A stretch of DNA of 64,000 nt, from assembly GCA_030295235.1 (NCBI GenBank), contig AP026133.1, positions 248,001 to 312,000 on the forward strand, written 5' to 3'. Shown here piece by piece: positions 34,691 through 46,890 of this stretch. Position numbers and translations under genes: made by a program. The notes under the pieces were generated by a model, which ran no database searches, was not told the origin of the DNA, and saw only the letters and a program-made list of their open reading frames with translations. Positions within the stretch are counted from its first letter, which is position 1. Each line of letters starts with the position of its first letter. This DNA is from Fistulifera solaris (taxonomy: Eukaryota).

Positions 34691-35678
34691 TTGACGAGTA
34701 ATCGGTCGTATCCACGACCAGATGCCAGTTCCAATGTGCCACTTGTTTATTGGCGTGGGCGCTTTGTTTAGCATAGGTACACCTTTTGCGTCCACCTCAT
34801 CGACGTTTCTTGTTTAAATTCAACAATCACCGCATCACCACTGTCACGTTAGCAGTTCTATATTGACCCAATTTGCCGATTATTATCTGTAATAACATAT
34901 TGTAGTTAAATTACCAGTCGTCAGTGGTTGTGGTGACTAGCCCTGTCACGGTTGACGTACTAGTCAGTCACGGAGCAAGCGTCAACGCAGAAGGCGCTTA
35001 CAAACTAAAATTTTCACACACAAAACGACTCCTCCTCCTCTTCCTCGTGGCGCAATGGCGGGAACTTTGCCGGACATAGGACTCTTGTCATTTCATTTAG
35101 AATCTTGTAGAACGCTAATAAAAATTACTGTAGTACGGGACTTCTATTATCCATAAGTATTTTATCCGTTGAAATATTCGTCTGATGGTTTAAGTACTAA
35201 GTAGTCTTATTCGCTTATGAATGGCCTTGAACTTCGACTCTTGCAAACGAAAATGTCATCATGTCCCGTTTCTTTCCGCTACTGCGGACTGCGGCACGAG
35301 ACTTAAGACCTACGACTGTTGATCAAAAAAAGAAATGGAGTTCCGGGACTTGGCTTTCGTGCGCGCTCCGTAATTCCTATCCGACCGCCCGCGCTTACGT
35401 GACTGCACAAACAATCGCCATTTCTGTGTAGGAAAAAGTACTGAAGTTGACATTTTCGCAGTCTCCCGCCAATAGATTTTGAAGTCACTCTAACCAATAA
35501 TGTACACGTGGTCTGGGAGTCTGGCCAACCTCTCTCCCTTGCTCCCATGTGCACAACAAAAATACGAGGCCTTGGGTCGAGCGTCGAGAGTCTCGTTCAG
35601 CCGCCGTTATTTCTCCCTCCAGCCTTTTACCATAGCTTCAAAATCCAAGAAGGCGAGATATCGATTGAAGCAATAAGC

Positions 35679-37082
35679 ATGGACTTTGACCGATCATCTC
35701 AAGCAAAGTCATGGCTTTTCGATGAGCAATCATTACAAGCCTGTCGAGCACAATCGACGGCTCCTCATGAGGTCGACGTGAGAAAGCCGAGAGTCAAGAC
35801 TGTTCGAAAATTTGCTTCAGGATTTCATCGATCGTCAGTCTCTCAACGTTCCAATCCATGCACAGACAATCTACTGGATCCCGAAGCACAAGAGAGTCTT
35901 GTTCGTTTCCACGCTCATCAGATGCAGACTCTGGTAGGGCCAACCGCACTTCTCCCCGAGCTGAGGACAAGTATCACGGTGCTCTCGACGGCGATAATGC
36001 TCTTCCGCCGTTTTTACCTTTCAAATTCTATTCTCTACTTCAATCCTCGAAAGATGGCCGCCGCTTGTGCCTTCTTTGCTGCTAAATCAGAGGAGGAAAA
36101 GATCGAGGTAAGCCACCAACCATGGTCGTGTGGAGACGAATGAGTCCCTTGGACAAAATGGCGCGAAAATTTATTTTCCGTTGTCAGCGCGTCTGTCACA
36201 AAATGAGTCTATAATCGTTGGACATCACGTTTTCTTCATACGATGCTCGCTTTCGTTGTACCAACGTGTATCGCCAAATTGAGTCTTTTCTGTGATTGTG
36301 ACGCAAATTGTCGGAACGTTGGCCTCATCTTTTTTCGTTCTGCCACTTTAGATTGGGCTCGTTTCCCATGCCACCAATGTGGTGCATTCGAAAGTCCAAC
36401 ACGCCCCTCTCTGTCGAAATGAACTCCGGGGAGTTTCCGTCTTTGACATTCAAGACTACGAGAAGCTCCTAATGGAGGGAACGAACTACGAATTCAGGTG
36501 TCACCATCCGTTTTCGGCAATGCACGCCTTGGCGATTGATTATACCAATTTTTCGGCCAAAAGGGCATTTTCATCGACGTGGACGACATTTTAGAACGGG
36601 CTTCGGCTGTCGTACAACGGGCTCTCGTCTTTTCGGATGCGAACTTTCTGTTTGCCCCCGGCCACGTGGGCTTTGCTGCCGTAGCCATCGCGCTGGGAGC
36701 CACTCCAAGAAACAGCGGATCGATCGGAGACGGGTTAAATACATATTTGCTGGACCGATTCGCGTGCAAGGCCCAGTCTGAGCTCGACGATTTTGAGGCC
36801 GCAGTCAGCCGTATCATTCAATGTCTTTTCCGATGCAAGCACATGGATTTGACATCAACAGTCGATGCCCACGAGGTGGCACAGCGTGCGGAAGAAATGA
36901 AATTTTTGTTACGCAAAGTTTCATCCATTCGCATGCATCTGTTCCGCCGACAACAGCCGGCTCCCATTTCTCCCACGAGAAAGAGATCTTGGGTGGAAGA
37001 AGAATTCTATCCACCTGGAGGCAACAACAAACGCATGTACAGCCAGGGAGTATCCGCCAAAGTGACCCCAGTTTGCCATTGA
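35679..37082 (+). CDS. CCNH: Cyclin H-like (CAK/TFIIH) cyclin; intron 36108-36351, one frameshift
   Basis: MDFDRSSQAKSWLF, STAIMLFRRFYLSNS...AACAFFAAKSEE, EFRCHHPF, SDANFLFAPG. Confidence 0.8.
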
Positions 37083-37558
37083 TATCTCTCTTCTGATTGT
37101 AATTAATCTATCGCTTAAGCTAAAATCACGATCTACCATTGAATACAATACGTCGGATTCTAAATCACTTGTATAATTTGAGTCGCCCCAAGGACCAAGT
37201 TAGAGGTCCAGCTACGTTCGATTGGCCATGGGTGCTAAATAGAAGAAACTTTCTCTTTTTACTTTGTAGTTTAAAAACCTTGCAGCTATGAGTTACTCCC
37301 AGAGCTGTTCAAGCTCATGACCATAGACGAGACGAAATCGGCCACGTACGGCACACGAGTACATAACAAGCCTGAGTAGAAAATGCGAACCTTTCCCCAT
37401 TCTTTTTCCTTTCTCGCTTTTTTTTTTCGCCGTCTTTTCATCCTACTTCATTATTTATTTCCCTTCATCCTTTCATTTCTTGTAATTTGTCATCGAGGAC
37501 TCTTCTTTTTAAAAACCAAGTGGTTACTTTCTTTTCTTACAGAAAGAAACGTATAGAG

Positions 37559-39550
37559 ATGAGCGACATTGTTTACAACTGCGTCGATCCCGACGGAGGC
37601 ATCCGTTGCGCCGAATCTTGCGTCTCCTTAGATGCCTGCAACGATTGCAATTGTGCTTTTTTGGATTTAAGTGACACCGGAGGTCCCTGGGGTGACTTTA
37701 TGGATGTTTTCTTTTGCTTATTCCCTATTATTGTTTTAGTGATCACGGTGACCGTCCCTCGATTCATGTTGCCCACGACCGTGTCACTGCCTCTGGCGGC
37801 CTTTCTCATGTTCTTGGTCCGTCTTGCTTACTTGGGCAGTGATCCGTTGTTAACAACGGCTTCGGTAATATTGGGACTCCTCGAGGCACTCACACCGCTC
37901 TCGATCATGGCCGGAGCGATTTGTCTCTTTGAAACGATGGAATCGACTCTGTGTTTGCCCTTTATGATGCGCGAGATTGAAGCACTGACCGAAGGTCATC
38001 CCATTGCCGAACTGATGCTCATTTTCGCCTTTGCCTATTTGGTGGAAGGTGCGTCGGGATTTGGAACACCGGCCGCGCTTTCGGCTCCCATGCTGGTACG
38101 GAGACATTACCCCGCCGTCGAATCGGTGGTCGTCGTGCTCATCTTTAATACATTCGCGACCGTATGGGGCGCGGTGGGGACACCTGTATGGTTTGGTTTT
38201 CAAAGTCTCGAAGACGGTATCAGCTCCGCTACCTTTGACGAACTGCTCTTGACCATTTCCTCCAAAGCGGCCGTCGCCTTGGCGGCATCCGCGCTGGTAT
38301 TGATGCCACTCATCTTGACTATTCTGGTACCCTGGCAGCACGTCCTGTCCAATATTCTATTCGTCTATTTGTCGTTGCTCAGTACCATTGGCCCGTCTGT
38401 GGCGTTGGCGCATATCAATTACGAATTTCCGTCCTTGATCGGTGGCATTGTCGGTTGCATGCTGTCCGCCATCTTGGTCAAGTACAAAGTTGGCATGACG
38501 CATATGGACCATAGTGTGGCGGAAGAACAAGAAATTTCCTTTACACCGAACCCCGAAGCCGCCGAAGATACCAGCAACGCTGGCGAAGAAGTTACCGGTA
38601 CCGGTAACGGCGAATCAAAAGGAACGGAGACAGAAAATGTTGCTCCAGAGAATGCCGAAGGTTTACACTGCGAGAAAACAAAGAAATTGATGCAACGCCA
38701 GTTGTCACGCCGGGAGGAAACGGCGAGCTTCCATGATTCACTGGGACCTCGTAAGACGTATCAAGAAGGATATTTGACCGATGTATTTTTACGCACCTTC
38801 CCTTTATGGGGCGTGGTGCTATTATTGATTGCCACCCGCGTTGAACAATTTGGTATCAAGGAGCATCTTATTTCGACGGAAAAGTACTTCTCGATTCATT
38901 TTGGGACACTAGGAACTTTCCGACTTTCCACGAGCGTGGTCTTTGAGTTTCGTGACATTATGACGTATCCGAATTTGAACTGGAACTACGAATTATTTTA
39001 TGTGCCCTTTATCCTCCCCTTCATACTGATATCCTTGCTAACCATGCTCATCTTCCGGAAGGATTTGACCAGTCGACCTAGAGACATTGCATTCGTGGTT
39101 TTGGATCGATTGAAAACTCCGGCCATTGCATTGTTTGGAGCATTGGTACTGGTCCAGTTGATGATTCAAATGGAGGAAGTGGCACCAGCATTTATTCTCG
39201 GTACCGTCTTGTCCGATTGGTTCCAAGAGGCGTTTGTTGTCATTTCACCACTCCTCGGTGCCCTCGGTTCCTTCTTTTCCGGTTCCACGACGGTCTCGAA
39301 TTTAACGTTCGGATCCATCCAACGCATCGCCGCCGAATCGATCGGTACCAGTTCGACGACCATGTTGGCCCTACAGGCGGTGGGCGGTTCCGCCGGCAAT
39401 GGTATATGCCTTAACAACATCATTTCGGCCTGTGCTGTTGTGGGTTTGAATATCGGTGAAGGGCAGCTTCTGTTGCGAACTTACAAGTATGTATTTGCGA
39501 CTACGACCATTTCGACGGCCATCATGCTGGCGTTCTTTTTCCGTTTTTGA
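37559..39550 (+). CDS. L-lactate permease (LctP family)
   Basis: LVEGASGFGTPAAL, NTFATVWGAVGTPVWFG, SPLLGALGSFFSGSTTVSNLTFG, ALQAVGGSAGN. Many TM segments; intact and intronless. Confidence 0.88.
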   Translation: MSDIVYNCVDPDGGIRCAESCVSLDACNDCNCAFLDLSDTGGPWGDFMDVFFCLFPIIVLVITVTVPRFMLPTTVSLPLAAFLMFLVRLAYLGSDPLLTTASVILGLLEALTPLSIMAGAICLFETMESTLCLPFMMREIEALTEGHPIAELMLIFAFAYLVEGASGFGTPAALSAPMLVRRHYPAVESVVVVLIFNTFATVWGAVGTPVWFGFQSLEDGISSATFDELLLTISSKAAVALAASALVLMPLILTILVPWQHVLSNILFVYLSLLSTIGPSVALAHINYEFPSLIGGIVGCMLSAILVKYKVGMTHMDHSVAEEQEISFTPNPEAAEDTSNAGEEVTGTGNGESKGTETENVAPENAEGLHCEKTKKLMQRQLSRREETASFHDSLGPRKTYQEGYLTDVFLRTFPLWGVVLLLIATRVEQFGIKEHLISTEKYFSIHFGTLGTFRLSTSVVFEFRDIMTYPNLNWNYELFYVPFILPFILISLLTMLIFRKDLTSRPRDIAFVVLDRLKTPAIALFGALVLVQLMIQMEEVAPAFILGTVLSDWFQEAFVVISPLLGALGSFFSGSTTVSNLTFGSIQRIAAESIGTSSTTMLALQAVGGSAGNGICLNNIISACAVVGLNIGEGQLLLRTYKYVFATTTISTAIMLAFFFRF

Positions 39551-39931
39551 GGTTAACGACAATATGAATTTGACATATCACATGTAAATATTATAAGATA
39601 TCGCTTTCCATAAATCGGAAAAATAAGAATGTTTGGCGACGAAAAGACTAACCATACACCAATATTTAGCTCATGCCTTGACTAGGGACTGATAAAACGT
39701 GACTGCTAACCAGAGCCACGAGATTTTTTCCCCTCGCGCCATCAAATAATAATAAAATGCAGTCACTTTCCTTGATTCTATTTTCGTTAACGAAGGAATA
39801 GCCAAATCCGCAGGACGAGCTTTACCTTCCTATCAAGTCTCTTTCATTACTACTTCTCATCTAGAAGTGTAACGTGGCGTCGGCACCGAATGTCGCAACC
39901 TTTTTTTTAGTCATTTAGTGGCGATCACTTG

Positions 39932-41038
39932 ATGTCGTCATCATGGCATTTCTTTCGTGAGAGTGTCACCAACTTTTGGCTGCCTCGTCACGAATCACAC
40001 AACAATAAAAACAAATTGACAGCCATCGTATTGAGTCAGATAATTGCTCTCTTGGCCGCATCGACGAACGCGGCTTCGTTTACATTCGTCAACCGATGCG
40101 GTATTGCTACACAATTTGCACAAATGACGCCCATGTATTTTCTTCTTTCCTTTCAACTCTTGGCTCGCGAAAAATCGGACCACAACGAGACGATTCTTCG
40201 GATACCGTGGTGGAACTATTTCATGATATCGCTCTGTTTTGACGTCTTTCCCAATTTTCTGGTACTCCGCTCGCTGTGTTCTACCACGCTGACGAGCGTG
40301 ACATTACTCAGTGCTCTGTCGGTGCCGTCGACGATGATATTTTCCAAACTCTTGCTGCGACGGACCTTTCGACCACAACATTACTGGGGTGTGTGTTGCT
40401 GTATTATGGCGGGATGCTTAACCGTATTGTGTGATCAAGAGCATCTCGGCAATGATATTTCCTCAACGGCAGAAAAAAGCAAAAGCAGTCTGACAAAGTT
40501 CGTAGGAGATGTTCTGGTGATATCTTCTGCAATCGTGTACGGTTTAGGAGATGTCGTGGCGGAGCAAGCGGTCCAACAGTTGGATCGCCATGAATACTTG
40601 GGAATGATCGGTGTGTTTGGATTCTTTCAAAGTGTCGTGGCAGCGGCAATGTGGGAATTACCCGAAATCGAAAGGATTGTCATGTCAACCCAACCATGGG
40701 AAACCGTTTGGGTGTTACTATGGTACACGTTTTCGGTTTACTGGTATTACCGCACGTATGCCTACTTTTTGACCACTGCCGATGCTACTTTATTGAATCT
40801 CTCCGGACAAGCATCGAATGTTTGGGCTATTTTGTTTTCGGTATTCATTTATCGTTTCATACCGTCGGTATTCTTTTTCGTGGCCCTTCTTTTGGTGGTG
40901 GGTGGTGTTTTCTTATACGAAGACGGCTCGTGTTGCTGGTTTCGCTACTCTCCAGCGCGTTATCCGGAAGCGAAACCGTTGTTGACGGCAAGGAACACTG
41001 AAGCCGTCCTAGTGGATAGTAATTCTTTTTTTGAATAA
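39932..41038 (+). CDS. SLC35F / DUF914 drug-metabolite-transporter family protein
   Basis: IPWWNYF, DVFPNFL, TTLTSVTLL, VGDVLVISSAIVYGLGDVVAE, EYLGMIGVFG, ATLLNLS. Confidence 0.85.
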   Translation: MSSSWHFFRESVTNFWLPRHESHNNKNKLTAIVLSQIIALLAASTNAASFTFVNRCGIATQFAQMTPMYFLLSFQLLAREKSDHNETILRIPWWNYFMISLCFDVFPNFLVLRSLCSTTLTSVTLLSALSVPSTMIFSKLLLRRTFRPQHYWGVCCCIMAGCLTVLCDQEHLGNDISSTAEKSKSSLTKFVGDVLVISSAIVYGLGDVVAEQAVQQLDRHEYLGMIGVFGFFQSVVAAAMWELPEIERIVMSTQPWETVWVLLWYTFSVYWYYRTYAYFLTTADATLLNLSGQASNVWAILFSVFIYRFIPSVFFFVALLLVVGGVFLYEDGSCCWFRYSPARYPEAKPLLTARNTEAVLVDSNSFFE

Positions 41039-41202
41039 TCGAAGAGAAGTAATCAAAAGATCATTTCCGCGCCGATGATAATGTTAAGGCTATTTTCTTC
41101 CTGTTATTATAGTTAATTGCGCTGGGTATAATGGTTGAGTATTTCAATCGCTCGCTCGATCGATCGTTCGTTCTCATTTTGAAAAGACGATGAATCTTTC
41201 GT

Positions 41203-41770
41203 CTAATTCAGAGCATAACCACTCAAAAGAGCACAAAGAAAGCCGCCAATCCACCAAAGACGGCGAGATTCTTTTGCTGCGACGACCAGGCGTTCGTTCC
41301 GAATCCGTATCCTTGATTGACTGCAAAACCCGGAATTTCTTCCACCTGCTCTTCGAAGGAATCTTTCGAGGCCCGACATACGGGACAACGCCAATTGCTG
41401 GGCAAATCCGCAAACGGGGTGCCCGGCTGTACCATCCCACCAATCATCATGACATCGCCCTTGGTTTCATCGTAAACCCAATCGCAGTTTTTGCAAGTAC
41501 TCTTGCCGAGACTCTTTTCATGAAAACTTCTTGTTCGCGAAGTTCTTGAGCGCGACGCATCTTTTCGAGTTGTTTCTGCGTTTCGGCGTCCATGGTAGCG
41601 GATGTCATGGGGTCCGACGACGACCGATCTTCCGAGGTCGGCTCGCTGCTCATGAATCGAAGCGTCTTGGGTGTCGCAAATGCCCGAGGCTGTGTCGAAA
41701 ATCCCTCACAGGCAGCCATCAATAGGACAGTAACTGTGAATGTCTGTAGGAGCAGTGACTTTGACGACAT
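41203..41770 (-). CDS. RBD1: Plastid rubredoxin (RBD1/RubA type) with C-terminal TM helix; two frameshifts
   Basis: Signal peptide ...ACEG/FST, CKNC-WVYD (other frame, ~41475-41500), GTPFADLPSNWRCPVC, GFAVNQGYGFGTN, LAVFGGL...SGYALN. Confidence 0.88.
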
Positions 41771-42457
41771 GTTGATGTTGTTGTATCAAGGGTGTTCGAA
41801 GATGATTGTTGTACTATTTTTATTATTTTGTCGAGGAATGAAGTTGATTGGGATGTGACTTTGCTGATGAACGTCTGCTTCAATGTCACCTTCAGATAGA
41901 CACGATACCAGATAGGTTGATGATTCAACCGGGCTGATTCGATAACTGTAACGACACAATAGGAGATGCGAGATGCGAATGATGATTCATTCAATCATCT
42001 AATCTTTTTGCAGTGCCTTGTGAACTGATGTCATCGCGGTCGCAGCAGGCTTGGTTGACGCAATACGATATGACTCAGCATCACACTCTTACCGGTACTA
42101 AATAGGACTCCGTGACCCAAAACGTGACTGACTTTCGACACATAAAAGAAAAAAATCTCTGGTGATTGAAATGAATAACGAACTTGATATCGCTCATAAT
42201 ATTCTTTCAATTTGAACTTCGAAAGAAAGATACCAAGCATATAAGAATCATTAGTGCTTCATCATGATATTAAACGCACTATGAAGGTTTCGGGTTGGCC
42301 ATTTTTTCTTTCCGGATTTTCGTCCGCGTCGCCCTCATCAGTGCGTCGTTTTGACCCCATCGCACCACTACGTAACAACTATCAAACATCGCTACCTAGC
42401 ATGGCAAACGATCACTTAACATACGTCAACACGCCACGCCGCATAAATCGACCGGGA

Positions 42458-43099
42458 ATGAACTCGTACCTCAAAATCTTGTTCGAAAACGACGACACAA
42501 TGAGCCGACTGCACTCGATTACTGCCAATTTACGAAAAGAAATACCGAAACTTCGCATCCGATCGCTACAATCGCTTCATATGACATTCTTCTTTGGCGG
42601 TGAGATCCTGTGCAATGAACTTTCGATAGAAGAATTGCACCATTGGCATACGCAGGTTCAAACTCGCTTCGCGGCGTCGCATTTTTTAGCACATCATCAT
42701 CATCATCATTCACTGCGCATGATATGCAACCAGACTTTTGGTTTCAATTCGCCAAGTTGCGAACATTCCCTCCTCATCGCAACAATCTGATTGTGGCCGA
42801 ATTCGAGGCTTCACCGGCCTGGCATGTGCTTTACAATGATCTCCAAAAACATTGCGAGAGATGATTCTTCTCCAGGCCTGCAGGAATTGGCAACCACACA
42901 GCCATGGATCCCTCACGTCACCTTGGCCAACCTTCCGCGGCCTACACAAACACTCAACAGACTGTTGGAGGACGCGTCGAACGAATTCCCCAAGAATGAG
43001 AGAATTTTTGCCTCGGGAATTGGTATGGGTGGTCCGGTACCGCGGCAAGATGAATTGAATTGGAGTTTCATATACGGCGGTTCTGGATCCACCTCTTGA
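42458..43099 (+). CDS. 2H phosphoesterase (LigT / 2'-5' RNA ligase-like), frameshift-split
   Basis: Two HxT motifs, SLHMTFFF and WIPHVTLA, with linking FPPHRNNLIVAEF in an alternate frame. Confidence 0.8.
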
Positions 43100-44241
43100 A
43101 CACAAAATTGAATTACTCCTTGGAAAGGTTTCGTATCTGAGCCAGCAGATGTTTATGTCGACACGCCAAGGTTAGGAAAACTTCAGACTCCTAAGCTGAG
43201 AATCTGATTCCAGCCAAGACGGTTTAAAAACTTGACCTGCCTGGCCCCTAACCTTGAATTGAACATTTAACTCTAGCCATTGTTCGTTAGACTGTAGCCA
43301 GATATCCTAATCGTAGTTATCAATAACCTTAGGCCCTAGGTAGAGTACCAGTAAAGATTAGATATCCTCAAGTCCTCTAGTTTTCTAGCCCTCTAGTTGC
43401 CCTAGAGAGTATAGTGAAATTAGTACCCTTAATTTTGGTTAAAAGGTGAAATCGTACCAAGTACCTGGTACCAGGGTATTCGGTATACAAAGTACTGCGG
43501 TAGCTGAATCACTGGCACTTTCGGATTTTCCACTGAGTAACAGCAGGATTTCCTCTGTTGGAGCCGGTCTTCCTACCTTCCTACATGACTAAATACTGGT
43601 CGTGGTAAGTGTTTCGTATACAAAGTACTGTAGAAAGCAGAGGGATGACGCTGGACGAAGAACAGATGAGAAGTTCAGTCTTGCGTGTTCGCATTAGCCA
43701 GTTCGTGCCCTGCTAACAGTACAAGGGATACTGTCCACAATGTCCCTTTTCTATTAAGCCCATAAGCCCATACCTTGAAATGTGTTTCGATAGGAATTGC
43801 TTTTGGGCCGTTTCCTATATAAGCCGTCGTGCTTTACTGGAAAGTTGCAATCGTTTCAACCTTCTACCTGAAACTATATTATTATCTATTGCTGGCCGGA
43901 TGCGGTCATACCTGATACTTATTCACTCATAGACAGGAAAACCTATTTCTGATGCGATTGTACTCCATGTCTGCTGGCGGCTGGCTCGCGCTCTTACAAA
44001 AAAGTATGTTCTATGCTCGGTGCGGTGGGTTTGCGTTTTTCGTGTGCATGGATCGTGGCATAAATTTTTCCTTGCGAACACACGACGAGGAGTCGGCCCG
44101 TTCCTCCTGACCTCATCTTAAGCAGCCAACAAGACCCATCGAAAGCAATCATTTATATTTCAGGAACGCACCTATTCTAAACGTTTTCTCGATTAATAAA
44201 CTTTCCAACTCACAATTAATCAATCATAAAGTAAGGCCGCA

Positions 44242-45002
44242 ATGGGAAGCGACGCACCCCCTGTTTCACAATCACCGTCGGCACGTCGCAACTTGCGTGA
44301 ATTGTTTCGACGAGAACTTTCTGGGAAATCATGGAATCGAAGTGGACGAACCATCAGTACACTTTCGTCTCACAGCAGTCACGACGATAAGCAGAAATGT
44401 CAAAATAATGTGTCCTTCGCGGACGAGGCCGTCGAAGGCATGGAAGTAAGCGTTCGATTCATTGAAACGTGCAGAATTCACACCGAACCTTTGTCCGAAG
44501 AAGAGCGCAATTTATATTTTTATACGGTAAGAATTGTCTGACAGTGATTTGCAAACACGTCAAGTTCGAGTTCAGTCCCTCACAGATTCGTCGTTTGTGC
44601 TTTATTTATCATTTACAGTCCAGCGACGTGCAAGCCTTTCAAAAAGATAGCGCATTGACTGCCTTGATGTACATCAAACGACGAGAAGCAAATATCGCAT
44701 GGGAAGAAAACGAATACAGCATCCGAGGACTCGAGGAAATGATCCAAAAAGCATCCATGAAAGCCGGGGAAAAATGCAAACGAGAACGACATTGCGCAAA
44801 AGTGCTGGCCGAACAGGAAAGGTTACGAACACAGAATCTGTTATCCCCAGAGCGATTACGAGGAGCGTCATCGAGTAGTTCCAAAGCCGACCGGGCAGCT
44901 GCTATTATTAAAGCCGAACACGATGCCGTATTTTGTGGGTACAAGACCGATCGACGGGCTAAGTTAGTTCGACAATTCTCTTCGATTCGTTCGACATCTT
45001 AA
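44242..45002 (+). CDS. Hypothetical protein of the 'VxF...Y...RGLE' family; intron 44527-44618
   Basis: GTAAG...TTTACAG intron joins ...NLYFYT|SSDVQAF... in frame; motif EYSIRGLEEM. Confidence 0.7.
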
Positions 45003-45092
45003 AATTAAAGTCTAGCAACCATTTTTGCTAAATTATTCCTTGCAACTAATTCGCAAACATGTTTTTTCTCTAATCTTTATTCACTATTCATG

Positions 45093-46105
45093 CTACTTTT
45101 GTTCACTATTGTCTCCCTGATCACTTCCTTCATCACCGCTGCTACTTCCTCCTCCACTGCCTACCATGAATCCCAAACCGCCCCCGGCCGAAACTCGACG
45201 AGCAATTTCACTAATCATCCTCTGCGGGGGCTGTCCTTGGAGCCATACGGTACCCGGACCTTTGAGTGTCGTGATGAAAAGCCCTTCCCCACCCGCAAAT
45301 ACATTGGCGAATCCTTTTACCATTTGAACATCTAAGGGAAAAAGTAATGATAATCATTTTATTCGTCAGTTAAATGCAACTAAAGACAAACAAGTACACC
45401 GAAGAAACAAAGAAACTCACCATAATCGATTTGACTCGTGAAGGCAACCAAACAACCGGACGAAATCCGGAGTTCTTCACCGGCCCGTAGATCCCTCCGT
45501 ATTAAAGTACCTCCCGCTTTGAGAAAAACATCACCTTCCCCCGTTAGAGCTTGCAAGATAAATCCTTCACCACCAAAGAAACCTGAAGTAAATGATTTCG
45601 TAAATTCCATTTGCACATCAATCGTATGTGATGCGCACAGAAGTGCACCTTTCTGACACACTAGTTTTCCTCCGTATTCGGGAACATTCAAGCGCAAAAT
45701 TTTCGAAGGAAAATCGGTCCCCAGTGCCACCCGTCCTACCGTATTTCCAGTGTACGTGTAATCGGAAATAAAGAAATTTTGACCCGTCATCATGCGACGA
45801 AATCCCGCCGAAAGGCCGCCACCGGTCGTCGTATTCATTTCGACACCTTCCGTCAAATACATCATGGCACCGGACTCGGCACGAAGGACTTGATTCGGTC
45901 GTAACTCAATTGTTACAATTTGACTTTCATTTCCTTCAATTTTGGCCGCCAAATCAAAGTCAATCGGTTCCCCGACGACTCCATCGACACTCGTAAGTGT
46001 GGGAGTTTGCGAAGCAAACGTGCGATGCGGATATCTCGCGATCGACACTGGTCCCCGCCTTGCGGCGGACGACGCAGCGCGTAGAACTGGAATAAGTGGC
46101 TTCAT
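45093..46105 (-). CDS. AIM24: AIM24 / TIGR00266 family mitochondrial protein; intron 45332-45420
   Basis: Arg/Ser-rich presequence, RAESGAMMY, GFFGGEGFILQAL, FAGGEGLFITTLKGPGTVWLQ. Confidence 0.88.
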
Positions 46106-46890
46106 TGCGATGAGATACAGCAGTCTGTGGCGTAATGAAAATAGCAATCCGCAAAGAAACCTTCCTGATGTTTGTAGTTGTCTTGGTTGTCGTGCAACAC
46201 GCGATGTTGCTCGAAGTTTCGACGGTGCGAGGGTGGGAGTGAGTACCGCTACGATGATTAAGGTACGATGTTTCCATGATTGAATCCAGTCTTGGTGAAA
46301 AACGGCCAACACTCGCAGGGACTCTAGAAAGTCAGTTTGATGAAGAACAATACCTCGTGAGAAAACCCCGCAAAGAACTAAGGGATGCTGCAATGCATTT
46401 CTAAATCAGCAATAACTTTTAGTCCATAATTCTTTTGGCAGGAGCAATTGGACTTGAATACAAAACAGAGGTCGTCCATTCCAGATTCTTTTGACGTTTC
46501 TTCTTCCTTCTTTCCTACAATTTGGGAGCACGTAAAACAATGATGATCAGGATTCAAGAGAATTGTCGGTTCAAGTTGCAGTTCGATGACTTGCAAATAT
46601 AGCCTTTAACTCAGCCCAAAGTCAAATAGAATGAGAAAAGGCAAAAATGTGCTCTTCGCACTAAAGAAGAACCATGGTCATCGTCTCTTGACTCTTGACT
46701 GAAATCCTGTCTTGGCTTCGTTCAGACTACAGTTTGGGCCACATATTGAAAACGACGCGACGGCTCCAATTCATGAGTGACACTACTATTGTTTTCAATG
46801 GAAATTGACTACAAGGCAACGAAACAATCTGCAACAACTAATTAGATCGCTTTCTTTCTCAGAGTTAAAAGAAGTTGCTAGAAGCGCACA

